This document shows, one piece after another, positions 1 to 12,596 of a DNA stretch of 64,000 nt. The stretch's first letter is position 1, and each line of letters opens with the position of its first letter. The notes under the pieces were generated by a model, which searched no databases, was not told the DNA's origin, and saw only the letters and a list, made by a program, of their open reading frames with translations. Source of the DNA: Halocafeteria seosinensis (taxonomy: Eukaryota). Position numbers and translations under genes: made by a program. Location of the stretch: contig LVLI01000233.1 of the NCBI GenBank assembly GCA_001687465.1, forward strand, positions 124,001 to 188,000. Reading direction: 5' to 3'.

Positions 1-644
1 CCGAAGCACTACCGGGAACGGCACAGGGGAGGCTGTAGGGAAACAAAAAAGGTCCGGGATTTGACCGAGGTTCAACAAGTCCCCGGGGTGGTCGCTCATT
101 ACGTTCCTGCTTGACAGAGGGGCTGATTAAAACTTGCGGAAGGGGGCATGTTTGGTACAATAGCTTATCCCTCTCTGGGAGCTGTTGGGGCGTCTGGATA
201 CGGTCTGAATCGTCCTGTAGAATAAAGAGTAGGTTGAGTCAAGGTCTTCCGGGGGAAAGAGCGGTTTTACGGGTGCAGTGCAGCAGAGGAGGTGCGAGGC
301 TAACTGCAGCAGCTGGGGGGGGCCAGGGAGTCAAACTCCGGCGAAGCAAGTGGTGGTTGTTGAAGTGAGAATTCAGCTGATTACCACCATTAGAGGCACG
401 CTGCCACGTTTGTTTCAAAAGGTTTAAGAAATAATTGAGTTGTTTGCATAGTGCTGCATATAGAGTTGAGTTTTCTACTGTCTAAACATCGAGCACCAGG
501 CAAGATTGCAAAATTTGTTGAAGTGCTTACGTGTGCTTCAACGTCAGTCACGAAGTTTTGGATATTTGCGCAGGGTGGTTTCCAAGTAAGAAGGAAACAG
601 TTCGTAAACACAGAATACTAGGCAGTTGCTTGCGAGAAGAGTAG

Positions 645-3600
645 ATGATGGAATCGACACATGGAAATACGCACGGCGCAAGCCTTGCACCGCCAGGCCA
701 CTTCTTGCAGAAGATTCATCACCTCGACTACTCAGAGGTGGTACTGAAGAATATTTATAAAATGCGAATGGGGTATTTGGCAGATCGTTTTGTTGTTGTA
801 GTCAGGATGTTGTGCCCTAATTCCATCCGAAAGGCGAGTGTGGTCGCTGAGAAGAACTCAAAGGATGGCACGTATATACTGTCGGCAGCCCGGTGGTTTG
901 CACGTTACACTGAAGGCATTCGTACCGGCGAGTATAATCCTCGTATTGAAGGAGTAGCTCAGGCTATGCGCCTTCTTCTAGCCAGCAGCGATGTGATGAT
1001 GGCTTTATCCATCTTGAGCGAAGAAGATCGGAAGGTGTGCATCGGCGAACACCTTGTAACTCACTTGCGGCGGCTGTGTAAAGACAACACTTTGGAGGAT
1101 AGTTCAATGGCGAGTTGTGACACAGTGGATGATGAGCTGAAAAAATGCTTGGAGATGCTCCCAGGATTTCGTAGCTCCTTTGCAACGGAACGTGAACTCT
1201 TAGCAGCTTATCCAGGATTCCAACTCCCGTTATCCGTCAGCCGCTATGTAATTAAGCAGTACTGTTTGCAAGTTTGCCACCTTCACTTGAGAACCTTGAT
1301 AAGTGAACTAATGGGTGGATATTTTATATGGCAAAACTCCCAAATTGGGTTCAATACGCTAAACAGAAGATCATCCGATAGCAGTGGCTCGACCAGTGTC
1401 TCTGAGGATTTCTTGGCTCCCTCGAAACTGAAGCGGCCTAGTGGAGGCACTGGTATGATGCCTCATTCTTCTTTCACCACTGAAGGGGGTTCCACCTGCA
1501 CGTCAAATCCTGGAGACCGAGAGTCCCGTTCGACGACGGAGGATGATTTCAGTGAGGGAGAATCTACCCTTAAGGCTCTTGATTATCAAAGAGAACGTTC
1601 GTGGACGAGTGACACCCTTGAGCTAGGAGACAAACCAGCTGTGTCCGACGACATGCTTTGCTTCCTTAATGACTACTACAGTAATATCGTTAAGGATTCA
1701 GAAACTTTGAACATTTCCTCCCTTATGCGACGCTTTGCCCTTTCCATGGGGAACCTGATTCCGAAGTCTATGGTAGAGAACGTTTCGGCATTGATACCGC
1801 ATTCTGATAGACGGTCCGTGTCAAACACAGGGAAGACAAACATTGCCTTTGCGTCGGGTACCGACCCGCACAACTTCGTCCAAAAGTTTAAAAAACTGGG
1901 TTGCTCATTCGGTTGGTTGTCGGAACGGGTGTTGACTGGAGGTAAAGTGGACTCGGCAAGGATAACGGCGGGTCTCCGGGCAGTATTGTCTTGTCCAGAT
2001 GTTATGGTTGCACTGGCTGCCCTTCCCTCGGAGCAACGAAGTTACGTGCTAAGCAATGCCTATATGTACATAGTCGTAAGTCTTCCTTGTCTTTTTACGT
2101 ACCCGAATAGCAGCAGTTGTATGTAATATGAATTGTTCATACAGAACGTTAACCATGGCGATTCCACTGGAGTGGGCATTACGGCGATGACACCGGTGCC
2201 TGCTGATGTTCAGTTTTCTCTGAAAACAGTAGATACTGGGCTGTTCAGAGCGACAATGAAAATCCCAGGAGTGGACTCCGTAATGAACGTCCACGAAGAG
2301 ATATGCCAAAAGAATCGACGCTTTCATGAAGCTATAGCTCTTACACGGTTCGCCGTTCGCGACTTTTACCATACTCGATGCCCAAATGCCCTTGAACAAC
2401 TATCTTCGAAATTATGTGAATGGTTGTGTGAGCACAAAGGAACAGCTTGTGATGACGAATCTTTGTCTGAAAGCATGTCGTGTCCGGATACCAGCAGGCA
2501 CCATTGGCCGTCCCTTGATTATGATGACGTGGAGACAGTGAACACCGTCGCTGGGGAATTGAGTACTTCCCAGGGGCAGCTAGCCACCGATGATGATGCG
2601 CCGCGACAAGCCTCTCTTCGAAGCCATGAGTATATTAGTCCGACCTTATACTCTCCAGAGGTGTTGCGTCGCATAGATAGTATGTCAATTTCGGACCTGG
2701 TTACGCGGTATTCCGATACTCTTCCTCGTCTAACTGCCAAGTTCCAAGACAAAATCAATTTAACTGAAGGTGAAACCGCGGTGCGTCCCAGTGCTGCGCA
2801 GAGTGAGCATTCCTTCGTCGGTCGGTGGCGGAAGTTGGCGCACTCTTTCGGATGGCTCTCCACCGGCGTCAAAAACGGGAACATCGATTCGAAGTTAATC
2901 AAAAAAGCGATGCGTGTGCTTCTGTGTGCACCGGACATAATGTATTGCTTAGCTGTTCTTGATGATGAGCATCGCGAGTATGCGATTAGTAACGCATATG
3001 TACGGATCATATCCGTAAATTATGGGGATCCTTCCGGAGTCGATAAAGCACAAAGACTAACCCCTCTTCCTCCGAATTGCCTGTCGATTACTTCCGTGTA
3101 TGGGAAAGCTTCCTGTGAAGGCCAGGAGAGTCTCATTCAGCCGTGCTTGGATCATATCCTGTATGCTATCCCAAGTACTAGGTCGGCCATGATTAAGGCG
3201 ATGCAAGTGGCACAGTCTACGCCAAGGTTTGATGAAGCATTGGCAATAACACGCTTTAGTATATCGGAGTTTATGAAGTCGAGACAACCAGAGGCTGTCA
3301 CGAACCTATGCGATGCGCTTTGTACGGAGCTTAAGTTTGACGTAACCGCACCCGGCTCGTCTGCAGAATGTGACTTCCAGTATGGAGTCGAGAGGTTAAC
3401 AAACGCGGAAGAAAGTTGTTCAACGGAGTGTAACGGAAGAGTCTCTATGAACTTCGAGATGTTAGAGAAGCTCCGGACCAACGTAATGGAAATGGATGCC
3501 AACGGTTTAGCACGTCATTTTGATTACGTCATGGACAATCTGGGTCGCTGCTATCAGTCTGCGGGGAGTAACGAGTATACCGATGTGGCAGATCACTCAT

Positions 3601-4517
3601 CAGGAAAAGGCAAATCGTGGTGGGATACGGCAGTTCATGTCAAGTATAGGCTTTGGAGTGATGCTAGTTTCCGGGGATTGGCGCATGCACTTGTGCGCAA
3701 GCATCTTGGCTCGCGCGAAGGCGGCGTCCCGGAAACAATACTTGCTGGCTCTATGCGTGAAATTTTGTCGTCAACTGACGTAGTCATTTGCTTGTCAACC
3801 TTACCAGTCCACTGGAGATGCAGGGCAATGGACCGTGCCGCTTCCCAACTGCTCGCCGAAGTTGACAGTAGAGGGTCCCGTCTGCTTAGCCTTGTTAATC
3901 CAACTGCTTCAATTGATAACCGCATGTCGAAAATTCTGAATGAGGTTGGACTATTGGAAAGCTATCCGTCCTCAGGGCTCTGGAAGGCTGCCTTAAACAC
4001 GTTGAGAGGTATTTTGAAGTCCTTCTTTGAGAAGCATGCCCCACAAACGAGGATACTGGTGCTGGAGGAATTACAGAGAAAGTATGGGAATCCGGTTTCA
4101 CTCGACGAATACCCAGTCAAGGATTATTTGAGTGAGGAAGCGGCAGAGAACGTGGCGGTTAATGTCACTGAAACAGTTTTGAGTCCTATCACTGGGGGAT
4201 TGTCTGTGTCCTCTTCCAGTGAGCGGCTACCTCAAGGGTATGATGATAGGCCGTTTTGGAACACCGGAGAGGATGGATATGAAGGTGCTTACCTCTTCCA
4301 GTCGGATACTGATCCTATAACAGAGTCCTTTTTGACGACCATTGATGAGTCTTATACGTGTGATAGAACAACTCCGGCAAATGCTGCTCCATCGTCCTTG
4401 GAATACTCGCAAATGTCGACGTTAGGAGCGACATTTCACAAAGATGTTTCCTTCCACAGTTTACTGCGCGCGGAAACTCTTGCCGTCCAGAATACTGAGG
4501 CCTCCACCTTAATGTGA
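645..4517 (+). CDS. Hypothetical protein (~1,267 aa, 2 exons) with four internal copies of an unknown helical module
   Basis: ORFs 645-2126 and 2133-4517 join in frame through a phase-0 GT-AG intron at 2076-2144. The junction AYMYIV|NVNHGD matches the uninterrupted repeat AYVRIISVNYGD. Confidence 0.8.
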
Positions 4518-4650
4518 AGACAAGGATAATATCGTTTGGAACTCTTAAGCATGATTGCTTGACAGATTACTGCTCGCGGAAGTGGTAGTAGTCCAGATTA
4601 CTGAGGCCTCGGCCTTAATGTGAAGAAAAGGATGATATCGTTTGCAACTT
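4463..4650. repeat. Imperfect direct duplication (~106 bp period) spanning the stop codon of the upstream gene
   Basis: cagaatactgaggcctccaccttaatgtgaagacaaggataatatcgtttg recurs as cagattactgaggcctcggccttaatgtgaagaaaaggatgatatcgtttg. Confidence 0.85.
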
Positions 4651-5152
4651 CTATACAGGGATCATTGGTTAATTATACTTGTTAATGTCATTGCGCTGTG
4701 CTCGAAAATGAGCAGTGGTAGTCCAATCAGTTGTAGACTTCCAGATAATAGTAGTAAAGATAGTGTTAGTTATTTCATAGTGCTGGATTAATGTTGGACA
4801 AATGAAGACGCAAGGCAGGAGGGCCTTGCGTAGTGTTACTTTAACCTCGTGTACTTGTATTCGCCACATTTTAGCAAAGTATGTCAGCATTCCTCAGGAA
4901 GTCGCTTTCCGCAGACTCGCCGTCAGTCGGCCGAAGAGGCACTTTTGCTGAGAGAAGTGCCAAGAGGTAGTTGTTCCTGTGTGATTGTTGCTAGTCGTCC
5001 GTCATATCAACAGTAGAGTTGATGGGGTTTCCTTGAATGAAAGAATCATGGCTTGCCACTGCAATGGCGCGTAGTGACTGGTTGTGAAGGCGAGTGTTCC
5101 TTCCATTGACCACACCATACATAAATCATTCCCCTCCTCGAGTGTGTGAAGG

Positions 5153-6726
5153 ATGAAGTCAAGGTCACCCTCCACTAATGGCACCAGCGATGGTGCCCTG
5201 GTCAGCACTGAGAAGCGTGCCAAGGGTGCAGCGGATGAATACACTTCTCAGGAGAAAGCGCTCGTTTGCGTTTCCTACGGGGTTGTCAGTATAGCTGTTT
5301 CCTTGACGTACAAGGTATGGATTCTCTCGTGAATGACTAATTGGATGCCGTTGACTTCGGAAGAAAAGAGTGCAGATGGTGCTATCAAGCTTCCACTTTG
5401 AGGCGGAATTTGTGTTACTTGCGTGTCAGCAGATTCTGGGAATCGGGTTTTGTGCATTTGCCAAGGTATGACTAGAATATGAGAACTCGTACTCGGGAGA
5501 GTAGTTATCGATTACACATTTGCTGCAGAGCTTCTTACACAACAGCGAGGTCATTCAGATACCCGACGTCGAACTGCAAACTTTCCAGCTGTAAGTACCG
5601 AAGTGCCTATTCCACCAGGACGCCATCTCCGTAAGACTTGACAAATCTGCACAGTTGCATCCCAATAGGAATTCTCTTTGTATTGAATATGGGACTGGGA
5701 TTTTATGGTAAGCCGTGACTCCTGTAGTAAAAGTCTGCTCGTAATCAGAGTCGTCTCATGCACATGCAGCTATAAGACTTTGCGATGTGCCAATGTTCTT
5801 AACAATAAGAAGAACGACTACTGTCTTCACGCTGCTATTCGAATACATCCTTCTAGGAAAAAAAGCGTCATGCAGGATAATGTAAGTGTGCCTGCTTTGG
5901 TCTTCCCTGAAGAAACAATTAGCAAAGCAGCGGTGTTGCGCAGTGGGGCCGTGGGTATCATTGTTGGCGGAGCAATCGTGGCTGGGTGGAATACTTTAAA
6001 TACCGAATACCTTGGCTATTTGCTCACTATTTGTAACAATGTTCTTTCGGCATTATATCTCAATGTCAATCGGAAATTCGGAGATGAAACTGTACGTTGT
6101 TAACTGTGGAAACAACCAATGCGCGCATTCTCATACTTCCAGCTTTCCCGCTCAGGGTGTCAAGGGCTTTGGACTGCTATTTTATAATGCTCTAATTGCC
6201 GTTCCATTCTCGCTTATATTGGCATATATTCTCGGAGAAGTGGAATACATTGCAGCGTTCCCGGAACTGTTGAATCCGGTAAGCTATATCGTCTAGTGCG
6301 GTTGACCACTTCTTACCACCTTACGACGATTACTCAAATGAGCAGGCATTCCTTGCAAGTTTATTTCTTAGTTCAGTATTGGGTATTTTGATGACATACA
6401 TGGTGCTGCTTTGCATCAGCGTTAATTCCCCTCTTGTTACTTCGATAACTGGCAATGTGAAGGATGTTGTGTCGACAGTTTTGGGTACGTTGTCGTGGTT
6501 GCTTGAATGGAACAAATTTTAGCTATTTGCATTTGCGTCTCGCACAGGCGCATTGTTTTTCGGATTCCATGCGACGGTAATGAACTTAGCGGGCCTTGCG
6601 ATCTCCTTCTTCGGAGCTGGAATGTTCACTTACGCCAAGTTTCACGAACGTGGTCAGCAGAATTCCGGAAAGAGAACCGACAATGACGAAGAAAAAGAAA
6701 CGAACGATACTTGGCAGGATCCTTGA
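5153..6726 (+). CDS. Nucleotide-sugar transporter, SLC35D-like (multi-exon)
   Basis: Manually spliced exons read MKSRSP...VSYGVVSIAVSLTYK, DVPMFLTIRRTTTVFTLLFE, FGLLFYNAL, NSPLVTSITGNVKD and GAGMFTYAK, which are typical SLC35D motifs. Stop TGA at 6724-6726. Confidence 0.85.
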
Positions 6727-7746
6727 ATGAGGTGATACTCAAAAAGACTTGTTTGCTACACCGGGATCAACTCGGAAACGAGCATGGGAGGAGGCCACTT
6801 GCCTCCTCGACGGATCGAGGAAGGTGTGAAGGCGCCTCATGTGAATCAACCCTGAGATGCTATCGCCGGCACCAAATTACCGTCGAATCGATGGCCAATC
6901 AGTTGCCAGAATCGCAAGTAGCAGGGTACTATCACCGAGAAGCCACTTACTGTAAACCAAGGCAAGGTACGCACTCGGTTCACAACTTCGGTCTGAAGTT
7001 GCCACTGAGGATAGAGACACTGGGAGTTAGCGGATATCTTTCCCGTTCACCAAGAACCAGGAAGCCGATGCTTGTGATTTTCTTGTGACTACTTGTACGC
7101 ATTGCAAACTAGCTTCGAATTCAAAGCAAAGCGAGTGGTTCCAGCGTAAGTTTGGCAGTTAGTGGTATATACACTTCATTTCCACCGTGATTACACAAGC
7201 TACTACTTGCAAAGTGAAAATAAACCAGTTATAGTACCACTTACCATCCACATGGATTTGAGATTCCCAGCCTGAACCTTAGGGAGGCGAAGGCGGAAGA
7301 ATGATTTCTCCCCCGTGGAAGCAGTCCTCTAGCACGACGACACTCGAATAGAAGTAATTGTGTTGGAATAGTTAGTGTAGAACTGTGTTGAGTTGTTTCA
7401 GACGGAATTGAACGAGAGTTCAGCGCACAGTGCAATCATCCATCTTTTGGTTTTTTTGTGTCTCCTTCCACGGGGAGAAGGTTCCAGGCAAGGTGTTCCC
7501 CACTTGCACCATGCGTGTTTGCTGTTCCAGTGAAGCTAGCTGACACTGAGACGAATAAGAACGAACTTACTGAGTGATATAAATATTTGGTACAGGACGT
7601 AGGAGAGCTGAGAACTTATTTTTCTCTCTCCCCTCGTTGACTAGACTTCAGGGAAGCCCCCAATGAGCTGACAAGGCTATACACAAGGTTTTTGGAGTGA
7701 GATCGGCCTCTCTTTCGTTTTAGGTCAGTGAACAGAACTTGGAACC

Positions 7747-9967
7747 ATGAGTATGGAGACTCACCGACATGACAAGGAAGCAGTATGGGCGAACGCCGTC
7801 ATGACCCCGGTGTCGGAAGAGGCACCTACAACCAATGGTGCTCCGCGGCAGAGAAGTGGCGGTACGGCGAACAACTACGGGGCGCAGTATAATGAAGGAG
7901 TGCAATTGCTTTCGACTGAAAAGACGGGCAGTGGTGAGGAACAGGACGAGGAGGAAACGCCGGGGCTCTTTCCGGGAACCTCATTGGTTCATCAGCTCTC
8001 AGCTACACTAGGGACTGGATTGAAACCTGAACGGACGGTTGGCGCCATAGGATTGGCTTTTGTTGCGTTTGTCTCTGTATGTGGAGGCCCATTTGGTATC
8101 GAAGACGCAGTTGGGGCCGCAGGGCCCCTCATTACACTGGTCTCGCTTCTGGTGCTGGGTGTGTTCTGGTCTCTGCCACAAGCACTCATGACAGCAGGTA
8201 TGTAGGCGTTGACCATATGTGAAAGCGCATCAGCATTGTCAAGTTATCAAGCCTGTACTTTTGCAGAGTTATCTACTATTTACGATGAAAATGGCGGGTA
8301 TATTGTTTGGGTTTATGAAGCTCTAGGTCCCTACTGGGGATTCGTTAATGCAGTCAACTCGGTGGCATCAAACGTGTGTGATCTGCCATTATATCCAGTG
8401 CTGTATGCTACGTACCTTTCCAGGTTTTTTCACTTTGGTAATGCTATCGAATGGGTCGTGAAAGCACTGGCGTTGCTGTTGGTCGTCGTGTTAAATGTAC
8501 TGGGGATGGAGGCTGTGGCAGATTCTTCCCTGATCTTCACCATTGCAGTATTGCTTCCGTTTGCTGTCGAACCATTCTTCCAGGCACCAGACCCTTCTAG
8601 ATGGGGCGAGACTCCTGCCGGAGGAGCTGGGGGAGCGGAGTGGGGGTACGTCGCTCAAAATGAAGCATATTAACCGCAGCTATCCGTTATTTTTTGTATC
8701 GTTATTCTGTTACAGGGTTTTCATGAGTGTAGTGTTATGGAATTTTCAGGGTTGGGATAGTATGGGATGCATTGCAGGAGAAGTCAAAAATGCCAAAAGG
8801 AGGTACGCAAGAAGTTAGGTCCTTCGAGCTGTGCACGTTGCCTAAATTTCTAGAGTCCGATAATGCAAATGCAGTTATCCCGTCGGTGTTTGTCTGGCGA
8901 CAGTGTTGATCATACTCAATTATTCGATTCCCATTATTGTAGGACTAGCTGTCGAACCGGACTGGTCGCATTGGGGAACCGACGAGGGCGATACTGATTT
9001 TATTGATATGGCAAAACAAGTATCGTCATGGTTAGGAATCTGGGTTGTTTTTGGAGCGAGTTTCGCAGTTCTTGGGGAATTTTCTGCCGTGGTGAGTTCA
9101 TCTTCACGTGCTTTACAGAGCATGGCCAGTTACAGGATGGTCCCAAAGTTCTTAGTGAAGAACCGGACTCGATTTGCAACCCCAGTTCCTTCAATTTTAT
9201 TCGAGACAGTCACTACCGCTGTTTTGATGATGTTCGAGTTTTCTACGTTGGTAGTCCTAGACACTTTTTTCAATAATGTGTCCCTTGTTTTGGAGGTAAT
9301 CGCTTTCCTACGTCTAAAGCACCAGTACCCAGACATGGAGCGTCCGTATGCCGTTCCGGGGAGGCTAAAGGGCGCGTGGCTAATTAGCATCCCAAAATTT
9401 TTGATGATTGGCTACGCGTGGTACAGCATTGGATGGAGCGTAAACCTACTAGCTGGACTGGGAGTAAATTTGCTAGCTCTTCTTGTTGGCTACTGGTGGG
9501 CATTTAGGTATCTTCCTCGGCTGGAGCGAGAAGCCTTCAGCGACCGGTCTCGAGGAGACTTACAAGAAGAGTTCGAGGGACCTTTTGGAGGCGAAAAGAA
9601 TGATGACATAGCTGATGAGGACAGCGAAGATGCAGACGATCTGCCCCTAATTGATGGTTCCGAAGATACAAAGAAACACCCTAAGTCTTCTGCCCATAAT
9701 GGTGTTACTGCTCCGTTTAGTGTCGACAATGGGCTACTAGACCAGCGTGACGGCGAGTCGAGCCGAACGTATCAAGATTCCCTCGACAAGACCTTTGAAA
9801 CGAAACCCTCCAGTAAAGGAGGAGTTACAGCTGGATCGCCATCAGCAACTATAAGCCCTAACTATGACATCCCTCTGCTGGAGCAGCGGTCGGCCTCTTC
9901 CATTGAAAAGCAAGAACGCTCCCCGAACCACCATCAACGTAGCTATGGATCTTTCCGGGGAAAGTAG
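7747..9967 (+). CDS. APC-superfamily polyamine/amino-acid permease (PUT/RMV1-like), paralog A
   Basis: Motifs [45 protein letters not shown] and [15 protein letters not shown]. Three coding introns join ORFs 7747, 8209, 8543 and 8903. Confidence 0.92.
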
Positions 9968-10162
9968 CAAAGACCAGAATATATCACAAGATTGGAAGGT
10001 TTGTCATAAGCTATTCGCCTAAACTTAGTGTTGTTGGTTGCACCGCTATCATCCTCCTTGGCGTAGCACTTCCCTTTATCCAGCTGCTCTTTGGATGGAC
10101 AGGCTTCGGGTGCAGCACAAGAAACACAGCGAATGATGTTGAGCGTCCAAAAGACTAACCTC

Positions 10163-12186
10163 CTAGCCTGGTTTTGTTCTTTTCAGAGGTAGTTTACCCG
10201 CCGAAGGGGATCGGAGATTCGTATCGCAAATGTGTACATGCGTCCACACATCCGACAAATGCCGCATCACCACTCGTCTAGCTTCTCTTGATAAGGGTAT
10301 TACAAGTGCACCAAGGTCGACGTCTGCGTCGATGTCACAATGAGTGCATTTCTCCACGCTTAGAAACACATGTAATATTTTCTCGCAGCGTTCATCGTCC
10401 TTTCCACTGGAGCGCCTGAGACCATTCGCGTCGATAAATTCTCTCCACGCCCGCGGACCCTTTAGCAACGCCTTGTGAGCGAGTTTTATGTCTTCCTGCG
10501 CTCACTCAGTATGTACATTGTACCCAGGAATAGTAGACGGCAATACAGAAAGAGGAAAAGAAGACAGACGTACCTGGCTACTGTAAAATAGAGAGGAATG
10601 TGGTCGTTGACTTCTCTGCTCAGGATTATCAAACGAGACTTGTGGGTACCCCGCACACCGCAGTAGCTTGCATGCTGCGATCATTGCGTGAATAGCATCT
10701 TCATACTGAAGATACGCCGAAGCCTTATCAGGTTTACTCCAAGGCTGGAAAACGAACACTGGCTTCCCGGATGCCATTTCGTGGAGCAACAGGCTCACCC
10801 ACGTGCGATCGGTGGCTTCGATGTATTGGGGTAAAAAGGACGACGATTCTCCCATCTCCGAATTACACAAGCTGTGTGGATTGCAGTCTAAAATCAACTG
10901 CGGGAGTTGTAATGTATTGTACGATCTGGAGCAATGAAAGCTAAGCTTCTTCTTGATCTTCTCCCATTTTGTTTGTTGGGCTTTATCAACGACATCTAAC
11001 CCACCCGTGTCCAAGCTTCCCAAAGTCTCCTTCAAAGAAGACAATACTCTCTGTAACTCCTTTCGTCTGCGACCACCTGTACTGGCAATAGTTTTCAGGT
11101 CTGCGGTGCCATCCATAGCTTTATCTCTTGCATCAATAAGTTCATGCTTTAGCATTGTATATTGCTGCTCGGAGATCTGCAAAGCAGGTAGTCTTCATTT
11201 ACCATTTAACGAGAAGCAGCAAGTCTACCCAACTCACAAAGTTCTCTTGGAAGGCAAACAGGGCCTGGGACAGTCCACTATATACGCAAGTCTCAGCGCC
11301 AACCAAATTCTCAGTGGACAAAGCGCGTAAGGTATCTTTCGAGTTCGTCGAAACGATGGCCATTTCATGTAAGTAGGCCAAAGACGCACATTGAGGCCAT
11401 CTACTCCAGTAGCTAAACAATCGTGGCGACTGTGAGAGTTCCACGAAATGCACGGACGTCCCAATATCTTCGAAACAATGTTTCAGAGAACCTTCAATAG
11501 GCTTCGTATCGCACCGTAGGTTGCTCTCTATCAAGAACTTATTTCTAATTGGGCAAACACTTGAATCCTTTGCACTTTCTGTAGTTGGGGCTTCGACCAC
11601 TCTCTGCTCTGTCTCTGCTAAGCGCTCCTCCTGTCGATTGTCTACGTTTCCCTTTTCGACTCTCTCATGAACATCAGGTTGAACGACTCTCTCATGAACA
11701 TCAGGTTGAATAGTGTTGGGTGGACTCAATTCCGAGGAGGCATCTACAGCGTCATTTTCCTCTTCTATGTTTGCCGCTATCGCTTTCATTATGTCCCTGG
11801 GACCGATTCGCGGACGCTTCTCTCCTAGAGGGGAATTACTCTCAGCACCATCTTCTGTGGATGGCTCTCCTTGCGCCGTAGCAGCATCCTCGAGAACTCG
11901 TTTCACAACAAACTGTAAAATGCCAGAGAGATACTGCTCCGTTCCAGAAGCTACTTCCTCCTCCGATTTCACAGTTCCAGACGAGACGAGTTGCCGGCGA
12001 ATCATAGACGATAACTGCACACGAATACAAACCAACAGAGGTGAACATCAGCTTCCTTCCTTCGTTGGTACATACATATGGAGAGAGAGAGAGAGATAGA
12101 TTACGACTTACGGAGTGCAGTATCTCGTTTTCCCCTCCTCTGGCCGTCTTTTCCGAGGCAGAGGAGGAGGATGAAGCCGACGCCAT
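10163..12186 (-). CDS. Hypothetical protein with N-terminal H2A-like histone fold and unknown C-terminal domain (multi-exon)
   Basis: ATG at 12186, intron 12111-12015, then ORFs 11199-12035, 10502-11182 and 10163-10468. Segment YLSGILQFVVKRVLEDA...KRPRIGPRDIMKAIAANIEE resembles H2A. The 3' end is approximate. Confidence 0.65.
11657..11710. repeat. 27-bp tandem duplication within coding sequence (QPDVHERV x2)
   Basis: cgactctctcatgaacatcaggttgaa occurs twice in tandem. Confidence 0.9.
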
Positions 12187-12596
12187 GGCCACAACTTGTT
12201 TCTGTGTCAAAGAAAAGCGTGTATTCGAGGATGTATCCCTGCTGTCTGGACTTCAAACAACTACACTGTATGGTTGTAGTTTTCAAATTACAATCACAGC
12301 GTCTCCGAATGCGACGGCGCTCACTCTTCTACAGGGTGGCCATTTCAATGTTGCCATCCACGCACACTAAACCCTACTCAATAATCCAACAGGGAAGCAA
12401 TGAAGTTTGTGGTAGTAGTTTGTACTGAATGGGACTCGGTCGCACAATGCAGCGTTGCGATCCCGGAGTCCGGACCGTGGTCCATTGAATGTAATGAGCG
12501 ATGTAGAAGTGCTTTCTGGTGTAGGAATTAATATGTTCGTGCGGTGCTTTGTGGTAGCATCAGAGTGAATAAGTGGGTTGCATTCTAGCAGAGGAA

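Noticed and set aside
1..370. G-rich stretch and ORF 111-368 as a gene or ncRNA
   Set aside because: Non-ATG start, no motifs, no recognisable RNA family, and the context is cut by the window edge.
6711..7088. 125-aa plus-strand ORF
   Set aside because: Non-ATG start overlapping the transporter stop, with no protein-like motifs; probably 3' UTR.
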